From an uncultured Gammaproteobacteria bacterium (GTDB taxonomy: Bacteria > Patescibacteriota > Patescibacteriia > 2-01-FULL-39-33), in the NCBI GenBank assembly GCA_964573235.1, contig CAZNIV010000004.1, positions 1-52,646 of the forward strand: DNA of 52,646 bases, read 5' to 3'. Both the position numbers and the translations under genes were made by a program. The notes under the pieces are model-generated. The model saw only the letters and a program-made list of their open reading frames with translations. It was not told where the DNA came from and ran no database searches. Every line of letters starts with the position of its first letter. Position 1 is the first letter of the stretch. Shown in pieces: positions 18,763 through 28,798 of the stretch.

Positions 18763-20172
18763 ATGAATCCTCAACAACTCTGGCAAGCGGCCCTCGGTGA
18801 ATTAGAATTACTCTTATCTAAAGCAAACTTCACCACTTGGTTTAAAAACACTGCCATTTCCAACTTCGAAAACGAAAAAATTGTGGTTTCTGTTCCTAAT
18901 GGCTTTACCAAAGAGTGGCTAGAAAAAAAATATCATGCCACAATTTTAAAAGCACTCAAAAGCGTTACTAATAATCAGGTCAAAGAAGTAACTTACAAAA
19001 TTGAACCCATTAAAGAGGGTGGTTTTGTCATTTCTGCTTCTGGTACCACTCCCACTGAAGAAGTTAAAATTGCCGTGGCCGAAAATCCTAAAACTCAAGA
19101 AGGTGCTGCTACCATTGTTAAAACTGCTTACAAAAATGGTGAACTCGGCCTTAATCCCAAATATACCTTTACTACCTTTATTGTCGGTAAGAATAATGAA
19201 CTAGCTCACGCCGCTGCCTTAGCGATCGCTAAAACTCCGGGTCATGCCTATAACCCACTATTTATTTATGGTGGCGTTGGTTTAGGTAAAACTCATTTAA
19301 TGCAAGCCGTCGGCCACGAAATCCAAAAGGCCAATCCTAATGCCAAGATTCTATACGTTTCCTGCGAAAAGTTTACTAACGACTTTGTCAGCACGGTTCA
19401 AAAAGGCAAAGAGGCAATGGAAGAATTTAACAAGAAATACCGTTCCGTTGATGTTCTCTTGATGGATGATGTGCAGTTTTTATCTAATAAAGAAATGACT
19501 CAGGAAGCCTTTTTTCATACCTTTAATGAATTACACCAACAAAATAAGCAGGTGGTTTTAACTTCCGATCGCCCACCAAAAGCCATTGCCACCCTAGAAC
19601 ACCGTTTAGTGTCTCGTTTTGAGTGGGGGATGATCGCTGATGTTTCTTCTCCTGATTTAGAAACTAAAATGGCGATCATTAAAACTAAGGCTAAAGAAAA
19701 GAATTATAAAATTGCCGACGAGATTGTAAATTATTTAGCCACCGTCGTTCATAACAACATTAGAGAACTAGAAGGCGCTTTAAATAGCATTATCGCTCAC
19801 AGCCAGTTACGTAACCGTGATTTAGAACTCGAAGAAGTTAAACAAATAACCTCTTCAATTACTACCAACTCCCAAAAGAAGCCTTTGACCCCTAAACACA
19901 TCATTACTACCGTCGCTGAATATTTTGATATTGAAATTTCTGATATTACTGGTGCTTGCCGTAAGAAAAATTTAACCGAACCTCGTCAGATAATTATGTA
20001 TATAATGCGCGAGGAGATGAAAGCCTCTTATCCTACTATCGGACATGAATTAGGTGGGCGCGATCATACTACCGCCATGCATGCTTACGAAAAGATTTCT
20101 CGACAAATTAAGCTTGATGAAAAGTTAAGACAAGATGTTAATGTTTTGAAGCAACGGTTATTTATTTCTTAA
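18763..20172 (+). CDS. dnaA: Chromosomal replication initiator DnaA
   Basis: Domain I N-terminus (LWQAALGELE), AAA+ Walker A (GGVGLGKTHLMQA), Walker B (LLMDDVQFL) and a C-terminal DNA-binding domain (GGRDHTTAMHAYEKI). Confidence 0.97.
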   Translation: MNPQQLWQAALGELELLLSKANFTTWFKNTAISNFENEKIVVSVPNGFTKEWLEKKYHATILKALKSVTNNQVKEVTYKIEPIKEGGFVISASGTTPTEEVKIAVAENPKTQEGAATIVKTAYKNGELGLNPKYTFTTFIVGKNNELAHAAALAIAKTPGHAYNPLFIYGGVGLGKTHLMQAVGHEIQKANPNAKILYVSCEKFTNDFVSTVQKGKEAMEEFNKKYRSVDVLLMDDVQFLSNKEMTQEAFFHTFNELHQQNKQVVLTSDRPPKAIATLEHRLVSRFEWGMIADVSSPDLETKMAIIKTKAKEKNYKIADEIVNYLATVVHNNIRELEGALNSIIAHSQLRNRDLELEEVKQITSSITTNSQKKPLTPKHIITTVAEYFDIEISDITGACRKKNLTEPRQIIMYIMREEMKASYPTIGHELGGRDHTTAMHAYEKISRQIKLDEKLRQDVNVLKQRLFIS

Positions 20173-20518
20173 TTTTTTGGATAAGCGGTGTATAACTTGT
20201 TATCACCTATAGGTAAAATTATTAATAACTTATTAACAACTAACCCTAAATTAAAAAATGTTCTGGTGATAACTTCTGGATAGTTGAACAAGAATTGTGT
20301 ACAACTTTTACCACCCTCACTTATCCACTTTTATACCCACTAAAATTTCAGTTTATAAGTCAGTTTTCAATATAGTTATCAAGTATTTATACCCAGAGAA
20401 AAGATCATTTTAAGTTAGTATTTATAAGGGTTAGGTAACGAACACAAAAGTTATTCACTTTTATATTACTATTACTATTAATTATATATACATAAAAATA
20501 AATAACTAACCCACCTCT
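20173..20518. other. Putative oriC (DnaA-box cluster plus AT-rich unwinding element)
   Basis: About eight DnaA-box-like 9-mers: TTATCCACT 20321-20329; TTATCCAAA on the minus strand 20176-20184; TTATACCCA twice, at 20331 and 20387; TTATTCACT 20451-20459; and others. They are followed by an almost pure A/T stretch at 20461-20505, in the classic dnaA-dnaN spacer. Confidence 0.65.
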
Positions 20519-21658
20519 ATGAAGATATCTTGTACACAAGAGAATTTAAATCAAGGTTTATCGGTTATCAGTCATATAGCAAATAAGAATACTAACCTAC
20601 CTATCTTATCTAATATCTTAGTTAAGGTAGAAGATAAGGTTGTTACTTTGGCAGCTACTAATTTAGAAATAGGTGTTTCTATTCAAGTTAGAGCTAAGGT
20701 AGAATCCGAAGGCGACTTTACTGTTGAAGCTAAATTATTTAGCGATTATATTTCTTTATTACCAAAAGAAAGAGTTGATCTAGAATTGGATGGCGATAGT
20801 ATTAAGATTAAGTGCCAAAAACAGAAAACCAAAATCAAAGGCCAAGTCGCTACTGACTTCCCTCTTATCCCTACTATCAAAAAAGAAAATCCTTATCTTA
20901 TTAAAGCTAAAGATTTAAAACAGATAATCTCCGAAGTGGCTTTCGCCGCTTCTAAATCAGAAACCCGCCCAGAAATTTCCGGAGTGTTACTTAATTTTAT
21001 TGGTGATAAATTAGTAATGGCCGCTACGGATACTTATCGTTTAGCGGAAAAGAAAATAAAGTTAATTGAAAGTAATGAAAATCAACGTCGCCTAATCGTG
21101 CCAGTTAAAACTTTAATGGAAGTAGCTAGAATTTTAGGTATTTTTAAAGATGAGGCTTCTTTAGAAAATTCAGAAAATATAGAAATTTATATTTCCGACA
21201 ATCAAATTATGTTCTCTTTTAATAATATTGATTTAATTTCCCGCCTAATTGATGGTATGTATCCGGAATACGAACAAATTATTCCCCCAGCATTTAAAAA
21301 CAAAGTTACCATTAATCGCCAAGCTTTAATTAAGGCAGTCAAAACCTCAAGCTTGTTTACTAAAAATAGTGTCTGTGATGTTAAGTTAGAATTTTTGAAA
21401 GAAAAAAATGAAATCATCGTTACCTCTTCTTCGGCTCAGACAGGTGAAAATTCTGATGACCTAGAGGCTCAAATTGAAGGTGAGAGCTTGCTAGTGGTGT
21501 TTAATTATAATTATCTACTAGATGGCTTAAATAACATCAATGGCGACGAAGTAGTGATGGAAATGAATTCCCCAAGTGCCCCAATTCTCTTAAGGGCTAA
21601 AGAATTAAATGATTACTTATATATTGTAATGCCTATTAAGCAAGAAGCCACCGCTTAA
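20519..21658 (+). CDS. dnaN: DNA polymerase III subunit beta (sliding clamp)
   Basis: 379 aa with an MKISCTQENLNQGLSVISHIA... N-terminus and three-domain clamp length. Canonical position after dnaA. Confidence 0.95.
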   Translation: MKISCTQENLNQGLSVISHIANKNTNLPILSNILVKVEDKVVTLAATNLEIGVSIQVRAKVESEGDFTVEAKLFSDYISLLPKERVDLELDGDSIKIKCQKQKTKIKGQVATDFPLIPTIKKENPYLIKAKDLKQIISEVAFAASKSETRPEISGVLLNFIGDKLVMAATDTYRLAEKKIKLIESNENQRRLIVPVKTLMEVARILGIFKDEASLENSENIEIYISDNQIMFSFNNIDLISRLIDGMYPEYEQIIPPAFKNKVTINRQALIKAVKTSSLFTKNSVCDVKLEFLKEKNEIIVTSSSAQTGENSDDLEAQIEGESLLVVFNYNYLLDGLNNINGDEVVMEMNSPSAPILLRAKELNDYLYIVMPIKQEATA

Positions 21659-21669
21659 TTGAAAATTTA

Positions 21670-21701
21670 AAAAAGTCCCGATTACCTTCGGGACTTTTTT
21701 T
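21670..21701. terminator. Bidirectional intrinsic terminator
   Basis: AAAA-AGTCCCG-ATTACCTT-CGGGACT-TTTTTT, between the convergent dnaN and PBP genes. Confidence 0.75.
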
Positions 21702-21713
21702 ATTTAAGATTTT

Positions 21714-24569
21714 CTAGTTAACAATTACTTTTAATTCCTCGGTTTTGTATTTTTTACCCGCTTGGTCAAACATATAACCGTAAATAGTATAATTTCCCAA
21801 ATCTACTTTTTTATCCCACTTAATGGTTACATTAGAAGTGGTGGGTTCGATAAAATTAAGATATTGTTCAGTGCTACTTCCCTGTTTGATAAAATAGAAA
21901 TCTACTTTTTTAATAAGAGAAGAATTAACAATCGAGGCTTTAAGAGTAATTGGTAAGGTGATAGATTCATTGTTTTTGGGCGAAGTCCAATTTAAAACAG
22001 GCATTATTCGGCCACCTAATAAGTTAATTTCTACTGAGGCCGTGCCCATATTTTTCAAATCATCTTTAGCCTTAATAGTTAAGGTATGAAAGCCGTTATC
22101 AAAACCACTAATATCTAAATTGGTTTCGGATACATTGTTGGTAGTAGAAAGTAGTGTATCATCTAAGTAAAAAAACAGCTCTTTAATTCCTCGACGGCTA
22201 TTGGCCGTTACTTCAACATTAATAATGCTTTCTTTAATATTTTGTTTAGGTAATGGGGTAACAATAATAACCTGTGGTTGGTCTTCTGCTAAATGGGTGT
22301 TGTCATAGTCGGTTGGAATGCCTTGCGCGCTACTGGTGGCACTGTAGCCCTGTTCAGAGGCCCATCGTTGCACAGCATCCTCCCAGTTAGAATATTGGGA
22401 ATCAGAAGCCGGATTAGTTGGAACATCACCACGAGGATTATCTTTGTTTACAAATTGTAAAATTGAATGATCAGCGCGTACCCGAATTTCTTTAATTGTT
22501 TCTTTTGGCGTATATTGAGTAGCTAATTTTCCAGACATAGTATCAATCTGATAAATTTTTTCAGCCACCTTAACACCATCAAGAACGGGTTTACCTGTAA
22601 TAATTGTTTGGGGGGCAATAAAATTTTCTGGAGGAGTGTTTTTAAGAGCCTCCAACATAAATTGATTCCAAATAGGGGCGGCGATTACTGAACCATCGGC
22701 GCCAGTTTTCATTGCTTGATTATTATTATTACCTACCCACACGCCAGCCACTAAACTAGGAGTAAAACCCATAGTCCAAGCATCATGAAAATCATTAGTA
22801 GTGCCCGTTTTAGCTGCCACTGGTCGATCAGGTAAAATTAATTTATTGTTAGCGCCAAAGGTTGGAGTGCGAGCTTCATTATCAGACATAACATCGGCCG
22901 TTAAACGAGTAATTTCTGGGTCAATGATATTTTCTGACTTATCTTTAAATTCATAAAGTACTTTACCATCTTTATTTTCAATGCGTAAAATAGGATTTAT
23001 TTCATGTCTAACGCCTTCAGCAGCTAGAGTGGCATAAGCGCCAGCATGTTCCAAAAGCTTTACTTCCCCACCGCCTAATACTAAAGATAATCCAAAGCGA
23101 CTACGATCTTTTAGAGTGGTATAGCCAAGTTTATCGGTTAAATCTAAAATCGTATCAATACCCGTTAAATAAGTAGCTTTAACGGCCGGAGTATTTAATG
23201 ATTGAGCCAAAGCCTCTCGAATAGTAACGGGGCCGCGCTCTTTTAAATCATAATCTTTAGGTGAGTATTCTTTATTGCCAGTGGTGTCAAAGTTAGTGTT
23301 TACATCGTATAAAACAGTGCTTGGCGTGTAACCCTTAATAAAGGCGGCCGTATAAACAATGGGTTTCATAGAAGATCCGGGTTGGCGTGGGCGCAAAGAG
23401 ACATTAACTTGGCCATCGATAGCGTTGTTAAAATAATCAACCGATCCAACCATTGCCAAAACCTGACCCGTTTTTGGATCCAAGGCAACCAAAGAAGCAT
23501 TATTAAATAGATATTTAGCGCCATTTTTTTCTACCCCGTCTTTAACCGCCTTCTCGGCAATTTTTTGTTTATCTAAATCCAAAGAAGTAATTACTTTTAA
23601 GCCTTCTTGATCAATATATTCCTCACCATATTGCTCAGACAATAAGTCTTTGATATACATTACAAAATGGGGAGCGATAATGGAATCGCGTAACGGTTTA
23701 AAAATAATTTTTTCTTTTTTTGCTTTATCACCATCAGCTTGAGTGATATAACCCAAAGAAACCATTTGATCAATAATCCATTGTTGACGCCCAAATAAGC
23801 GATCTAAATTATTACCATAAGGAGAATAAAGTGTAGTGGCTTTAGGAATAGAAGCTAAAATAGCAGATTCGGCAATAGTTAAATCTTTAGCTGATTTACC
23901 AAAAAATGATTGCGAAGCCGCTTCAATGCCATAGTTAACTGAGCCGTAAGGGATTTCATTAAAGTACATTTGCAAAATCTGATCTTTAGTGAAAGAGCTT
24001 TCAATGCGATAAGAAATAATAATCTCTTTTAATTTTCGAGTATAAGTTTTTTCAGAAGTTAAAATAGCATTTTTTACAAATTGCTGAGTTAAGGTAGAAC
24101 CACCTTGAGATTTTTCTCCCGTAATGGCATTAACTAGAGCTGAACGTAAAATACCCAGAACACTAAAGCCTTTATGATTATAAAAATTACGATCTTCGGC
24201 AGCTAAGGTGGCATCGATAGTATATTTTGGCAAATCCCCTATTTTAATAAGAGTTCTTTTGATATTGCCATGGATATCGTATAGCACGGTTTGACTGGTG
24301 CGATCATAAATTTTAGTGCTGACAGATATTTTACGATTAATTACGCCATCAGGTGAAGGTAAGTCTTTAGAAACCCAAGCAAAAACGCCGATTGAGGCAA
24401 TGCCACCGATTAATAAACATAAAATACCAGCTAAAAATAAAAAATTAAATAGTTTTTTAAAACCACCTTTTTTAATTTTATGTTTAGCGGAGTGATATTT
24501 ATCACTGATGCTCGTTGTTGCAGAGCGCTCCCTTTTAATCGCGGTTGGATGACGCCAGTCTTGCGACAT
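21714..24569 (-). CDS. Class A penicillin-binding protein (PBP1A-type glycosyltransferase/transpeptidase) with a C-terminal beta-domain extension
   Basis: GT51 motifs (EDRNFYNHKGF, GGSTLTQQ), transpeptidase SxxK (PGSSMKP) and KTGT (AKTGTTND), an N-terminal TM anchor, and about 185 extra C-terminal residues forming two repeats. Confidence 0.9.
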   Translation of the reverse strand: MSQDWRHPTAIKRERSATTSISDKYHSAKHKIKKGGFKKLFNFLFLAGILCLLIGGIASIGVFAWVSKDLPSPDGVINRKISVSTKIYDRTSQTVLYDIHGNIKRTLIKIGDLPKYTIDATLAAEDRNFYNHKGFSVLGILRSALVNAITGEKSQGGSTLTQQFVKNAILTSEKTYTRKLKEIIISYRIESSFTKDQILQMYFNEIPYGSVNYGIEAASQSFFGKSAKDLTIAESAILASIPKATTLYSPYGNNLDRLFGRQQWIIDQMVSLGYITQADGDKAKKEKIIFKPLRDSIIAPHFVMYIKDLLSEQYGEEYIDQEGLKVITSLDLDKQKIAEKAVKDGVEKNGAKYLFNNASLVALDPKTGQVLAMVGSVDYFNNAIDGQVNVSLRPRQPGSSMKPIVYTAAFIKGYTPSTVLYDVNTNFDTTGNKEYSPKDYDLKERGPVTIREALAQSLNTPAVKATYLTGIDTILDLTDKLGYTTLKDRSRFGLSLVLGGGEVKLLEHAGAYATLAAEGVRHEINPILRIENKDGKVLYEFKDKSENIIDPEITRLTADVMSDNEARTPTFGANNKLILPDRPVAAKTGTTNDFHDAWTMGFTPSLVAGVWVGNNNNQAMKTGADGSVIAAPIWNQFMLEALKNTPPENFIAPQTIITGKPVLDGVKVAEKIYQIDTMSGKLATQYTPKETIKEIRVRADHSILQFVNKDNPRGDVPTNPASDSQYSNWEDAVQRWASEQGYSATSSAQGIPTDYDNTHLAEDQPQVIIVTPLPKQNIKESIINVEVTANSRRGIKELFFYLDDTLLSTTNNVSETNLDISGFDNGFHTLTIKAKDDLKNMGTASVEINLLGGRIMPVLNWTSPKNNESITLPITLKASIVNSSLIKKVDFYFIKQGSSTEQYLNFIEPTTSNVTIKWDKKVDLGNYTIYGYMFDQAGKKYKTEELKVIVN

Positions 24570-24578
24570 AGATTTAAA

Positions 24579-25493
24579 TTATTTCTTTTTAAATTGGCTA
24601 ACAGCGTATTTAATAATTTCTCCGGCGATGTCTTTACCAGTGGCCAAGGTAATGCCTTCTAATCCGGGGTTGGCATTAACTTCTAAAATTCTTGGTCCAT
24701 TATTTGAGCGGATAATATCGACCCCAGCAAAATCTAAACCACAAGCTTTAGTGGCTTTTAGAGAAATACTTTTTTCTTGAGCGCTTAAATCAGTAATTTG
24801 TACTTTGCCACCCAAATGAAAATTTGATCTAAACTCCCCTTCTTTAGTGGCGATTCTTTCCATCGCGCCTACTACTTTGTTGCCCACTACAAAAACGCGT
24901 ACATCACGGCCCTCAGCTTCACGGATATATTCTTGTAAAATAATAGGTTCGGAATAATTTTCTTTAACGATTAAATCCACTACGGATTTTAATCCGCGCT
25001 GACTTTCGATAATCGAAACGCCAGCCCCTTTAGAGCCACTAACAGTTTTTAGGATAACCGGAAAATGCCCGATATCTTTAACGAGCTCATCTAAGTCTTC
25101 GGCGTGGCGCACCACATAAGTTTTAGGTATGGGGATGTGATTTTTGGATAAAATTTGGAGCGTGCGAATTTTATTTTTAGCGCACATAATTGGCGTTTCT
25201 TTGTTAATGACGGTGATGCCCATTAACTCTAATTGGCCAACAAAACTACTGCGGAAATTAAGTTTTTTGCCAGAAGTATTTGCCTTAACAATGACCAGTT
25301 TAATATTTTTTAGCGCATGATCTTTAACGATTAGTCCGGGTTTGCCGTTAAATTTTAATTGACAATCATAATCGTAAATAAATTTAATTTCATGGCCTAA
25401 TTTTTTGGCCGAGGCAACAAAAAAATCCAAATTCGTAGTGGTAGAATCTTCGGTTTTATTAGAATTGGAAAAAACTAAAATGTGAATAATCAT
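24579..25493 (-). CDS. RimK-family ATP-grasp alpha-L-glutamate ligase-like protein
   Basis: ATP-grasp pattern: PVILKTVSGSKGAGV...QEYIREAEGRDVRVFVVG...GEFRSNFHLGG...GLDFAGVDII...ILEVNANPG. Confidence 0.8.
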   Translation of the reverse strand: MIIHILVFSNSNKTEDSTTTNLDFFVASAKKLGHEIKFIYDYDCQLKFNGKPGLIVKDHALKNIKLVIVKANTSGKKLNFRSSFVGQLELMGITVINKETPIMCAKNKIRTLQILSKNHIPIPKTYVVRHAEDLDELVKDIGHFPVILKTVSGSKGAGVSIIESQRGLKSVVDLIVKENYSEPIILQEYIREAEGRDVRVFVVGNKVVGAMERIATKEGEFRSNFHLGGKVQITDLSAQEKSISLKATKACGLDFAGVDIIRSNNGPRILEVNANPGLEGITLATGKDIAGEIIKYAVSQFKKK

Positions 25494-25495
25494 AA

Positions 25496-26032
25496 TTAAC
25501 GATAAGTGGGGTTTTTATAACAACTAGCTAAACAGATAGCGATGGCTAGGGCGTCAGCGGCATCGTCTGGCCTAGGAATTTCTTTTAAACCGCAAATACT
25601 TTTGACCATTTGTTGAATTTGTTTTTTGTCGGCTTGACCGTAACCGGTAACCGATTGCTTAACTTGAAGTGGCGTAAATTCTAGTGTGGGTAAGGCGTTA
25701 TTAGCTAGTATGAGCATTAGTATTCCCCGCACTTGGCTTACTAGCATGGCGGTAGTGACATTCCTTTGAAAAAATAATTTTTCAATTCCGGCCGCTTCCG
25801 GTTGGTATTTTTCGATAATTGCTTTTATTTCTTGCTCAATTTGCTTAAGGCGTTCTTGAAGAGTTAGAGTTTTGGCGGTTTTGATTGAGCCATAGGTTAT
25901 AACCGTAATTTTTTGTCCGTCAGCACTAATCACGCCATAGCCGGTATCGGCTAAACCAGGATCGATTCCTAAAAGAATCTTCGGTTTACCATTCGGCATT
26001 AGTATAGACATTATTAATGTCCCCAATTTCAT
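25496..26032 (-). CDS. ruvC: Crossover junction endodeoxyribonuclease RuvC
   Basis: ILLGIDPGLADTGYGVI..., a catalytic acidic pattern and a C-terminal DAADALAIAI. The true start is probably internal (for example ATG at 25999), because the ORF N-terminus overlaps yebC. Confidence 0.9.
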   Translation of the reverse strand: MKLGTLIMSILMPNGKPKILLGIDPGLADTGYGVISADGQKITVITYGSIKTAKTLTLQERLKQIEQEIKAIIEKYQPEAAGIEKLFFQRNVTTAMLVSQVRGILMLILANNALPTLEFTPLQVKQSVTGYGQADKKQIQQMVKSICGLKEIPRPDDAADALAIAICLASCYKNPTYR

Positions 26033-26717
26033 CTAGGGCATTATATAAATTTTCAATTTTGGTTTGAATTGAGGGATCAGAAATTTTTACCTGCTCTTTA
26101 GCCAGGCAAGTTAGAGTGGATTCTTTAGGATTGAGTCCCATGGCAGTAATAGCCTTATTAGTTTCTTGTAATTTTTCTGGAGCGGTATAGATTTCCCATT
26201 CCTCATCAGACTTTTCAATATTATCCGCGCCAGCATCGATTAAGTTTAGTTCTATTTCATCAGTATTTTTATTAGCTAGTTGCTCAATGGGAATAATAAT
26301 TAAGCCTTTATTTTCAAACATCCACATTACCGAACCAGAAGCGCCCAAGTTACCGCCAGTTTTGTTTAAAATAGTTTTAATATCAGTAATGGTGCGATTA
26401 CGATTGTCGGTCACTGCGTGGGCAATAAAAGCCGATCCGGCCGGACCAAAAACTTCATAAGACACTTCTTCAAAAACTTTGCCGTCATTACCTTCACCAG
26501 TGCCACGCTTGATTGAGCGATCAATATTATCTTTAGGCATATTAATTTCTCTGGCTTTTTCGATAGCTAGTCGTAATTGAAAATTAGCATCAGGGTCTCC
26601 GCCCTTAGAGGCGGCGATAGAAATTAAATTACCAACCTTGGTGAACATAGCGCCACGCTTGGCGTCGGAAACACCTTTCTTTCTGGCGATTTTAGCCCAT
26701 TTATTGTGTCCAGACAT
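25986..26717 (-). CDS. yebC: YebC/PmpR family DNA-binding transcriptional regulator
   Basis: Start trimmed to the canonical MSGHNKWAKIARKKG N-terminus. The family is conserved throughout. Confidence 0.9.
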   Translation of the reverse strand: MSGHNKWAKIARKKGVSDAKRGAMFTKVGNLISIAASKGGDPDANFQLRLAIEKAREINMPKDNIDRSIKRGTGEGNDGKVFEEVSYEVFGPAGSAFIAHAVTDNRNRTITDIKTILNKTGGNLGASGSVMWMFENKGLIIIPIEQLANKNTDEIELNLIDAGADNIEKSDEEWEIYTAPEKLQETNKAITAMGLNPKESTLTCLAKEQVKISDPSIQTKIENLYNALDEIGDINNVYTNAEW

Positions 26718-26798
26718 AACTGCAAAATTAATAATTAGCAAACAAAAAACTTGCTACATTTTGTATAAATATAACATTAAAGGGTTAAAAAATCAATT

Positions 26799-27923
26799 GT
26801 GAGAAAAGCCGTTTCTTGGTATAATAAAAGCATAAGAAATTTAATTAGTAATATGGGATTTTTAGATATTAAAATGTTTTTGCGTCGTTATAACAAATCT
26901 AAAGTGGCCGATGCCATTGCTTTATTGCCAGAGCAAATTATTTCTGGTTGGAATTCGGCGCAATCGATTAAATTACCCAAAGCATACGGCGCCATTGAAA
27001 ACATTGTGATTTGTGGTATGGGTGGTTCTAATTTGGCTAGCGAATTAATTCGTAGCGCCTTAGGTGATGAATTAAAAAAGCCGGTAATACTCACCCGTGA
27101 TTATCATATCCCTGCTTTTGTGAACACCAAAACTTTAGTGTTGGCAATTAGTTATTCTGGCTCTACTGAAGAAACTTTAAATTGCGTAGCCGAGGCGATT
27201 AAAGCAAAAACTAAAGTTTGTTGCTTAGCTTCCGGTGGTAAGTTATTAGAAATAGCGGCAAGTAAAAAAATACCCGTAGTTAAATTTTCTACCGAATATA
27301 ATCCGTCTAATCAACCAAGATATGCCGTTGGTATTCAATTGGGAGCAATTCTAGCTATATTTAAAGCGGTTAAGGTATTAGATGTTAAATCAGCCGATTT
27401 AAAGCGAGTAGTAGATTATGTGGCTGAGGCGGGTCAAAAATTTAATTGGGACAGTAAAACTAAACATAATCCAGCTAAAAAAATCGCTTTGCAATTCAAG
27501 CAAGTGGCGCCCATGATTGTTTCGGCTGGCAATTTATCGGCCAATGGTCATATCTTGGTTAATCAAATTAATGAGAGCGCCAAGTGTGTTGCTGATTATT
27601 TTAATTTACCAGAACTAAATCATCATTTATTAGAAGGTTTAAAAAATCCCAAAAAGATTAATAAGCAGATTAAGTTTTTATTTTTAAACTCCCCTGCTTA
27701 CGATGCTGTGATTCAAAAACGCGCTTTATTAACTAAAAAAGTTTTAGCTAAACAAAAAATTAAATCTGTTGATTTTACCGTTAAAACTGAGCACGGTTTG
27801 GCAGGGGCGCTGGAGGCATTGGCGTTTGGTTCTTGGTTTAGTTTTTATTTAGCGGTTTTATACAAACAAGATCCGGCGAATATCCCATTTGTTAATTGGT
27901 TTAAAGGAGAATTAAAGAAATAA
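26799..27923 (+). CDS. Bifunctional phosphoglucose/phosphomannose isomerase (SIS domain)
   Basis: SIS motifs ICGMGGSNLASELI and AISYSGSTEETL. The track start is GTG and the true start may be downstream. Confidence 0.75.
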   Translation: MRKAVSWYNKSIRNLISNMGFLDIKMFLRRYNKSKVADAIALLPEQIISGWNSAQSIKLPKAYGAIENIVICGMGGSNLASELIRSALGDELKKPVILTRDYHIPAFVNTKTLVLAISYSGSTEETLNCVAEAIKAKTKVCCLASGGKLLEIAASKKIPVVKFSTEYNPSNQPRYAVGIQLGAILAIFKAVKVLDVKSADLKRVVDYVAEAGQKFNWDSKTKHNPAKKIALQFKQVAPMIVSAGNLSANGHILVNQINESAKCVADYFNLPELNHHLLEGLKNPKKINKQIKFLFLNSPAYDAVIQKRALLTKKVLAKQKIKSVDFTVKTEHGLAGALEALAFGSWFSFYLAVLYKQDPANIPFVNWFKGELKK

Positions 27924-27966
27924 TTGAAGTATATAGCCTAATTTAGATAAAAAATGCCAAAAGATG

Positions 27967-27995
27967 TTGACATTTTTTATTTTATGTGGTATAGT
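27967..27995 (+). promoter_or_regulatory. Near-consensus sigma-70 promoter of the GC-rich lipoprotein gene
   Basis: TTGACA (27967-27972), 17-nt spacer, TATAGT (27990-27995). The leader to ATG 28113 is about 110 nt, with an AAAGGAG Shine-Dalgarno. Confidence 0.6.
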
Positions 27996-28112
27996 GGAGG
28001 GTCGCAAAGTCTCAAAAAATAGATGGCGCGATGTTAAGGTTGTTCGTTCTTTTCATATAAAAACGGTCATGTCGACCGAAAATGAACCCAAAAAGAAAAG
28101 GAGTAAGGCAAG

Positions 28113-28784
28113 ATGAAAACAAACAAATGGTGTCTTGGTTTCTTTGGTCTGATTCTGATGGTGGCAGTCGGGTGCGGTACCACAGTCGGTCCGGATGGCT
28201 CTCGCACTAGTGGCATTCTGATGCCCCAGCGCAAGGTGTTGGATCAATCGGGAGCACCTGTCGACAACAGTCGAATCGCCGTCGCCGCGGTCAATGCTGG
28301 CGGGATGGACAACAACACCGCTATCTTGGCCTTAGCCAACAACCCCGATCCGCAAGCGCGTGATCAAGCTGAGCGATTGCTTGGCAAAAGCATCGACGCT
28401 CAGGCGGAGATGTGGGGTGGACTTGGCGGGCGCGGTGCTGGACAGATGATGATTGGTCGCGGAAATATGGTTGTTCTAAATGGCATCGCCATGAACAAAA
28501 ATCCGTATTCGGCGATCGTGACGGCCTGTAGCTCTGGTACTGATATCCAGGTGGCGGCGGTCACAATTCCGGCAAGGTCGTATTCTTGGATACGCATGCG
28601 TCCAGGTAAATATGACTTTTATTTCTTTCGCCAAACAATGGTTGACGGAAAGATGGTCATGATTGACCAGTCGAAGATTCTTGGCTTTGAGGTCTTTGAA
28701 AAAGACATGGCTCAAGCAAGACCGGATGGTATGACTACCATTAATTGTAATTTTATTGTTAACGCCGCACAAACGGAGCGTTAA
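28113..28784 (+). CDS. Orphan lipoprotein, unknown function
   Basis: Signal peptide plus lipobox (GLILMVAVG-C). Visibly higher G+C than its neighbours. It has its own promoter and terminator. No family recognised. Confidence 0.7.
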   Translation: MKTNKWCLGFFGLILMVAVGCGTTVGPDGSRTSGILMPQRKVLDQSGAPVDNSRIAVAAVNAGGMDNNTAILALANNPDPQARDQAERLLGKSIDAQAEMWGGLGGRGAGQMMIGRGNMVVLNGIAMNKNPYSAIVTACSSGTDIQVAAVTIPARSYSWIRMRPGKYDFYFFRQTMVDGKMVMIDQSKILGFEVFEKDMAQARPDGMTTINCNFIVNAAQTER

Positions 28785-28798
28785 CACAACCTCACCCC

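Noticed and set aside
19001-19204. 67-aa plus-strand ORF inside dnaA (alternative frame)
   Set aside because: It is embedded in a highly conserved gene, and its Leu/Lys/Pro-rich product is a frame artefact.
28400-28787. Minus-strand ORFs 28400-28597 and 28476-28787 inside the lipoprotein gene
   Set aside because: These are shadow ORFs expected in GC-rich sequence. The plus-strand gene has a promoter, Shine-Dalgarno, lipobox and terminator.
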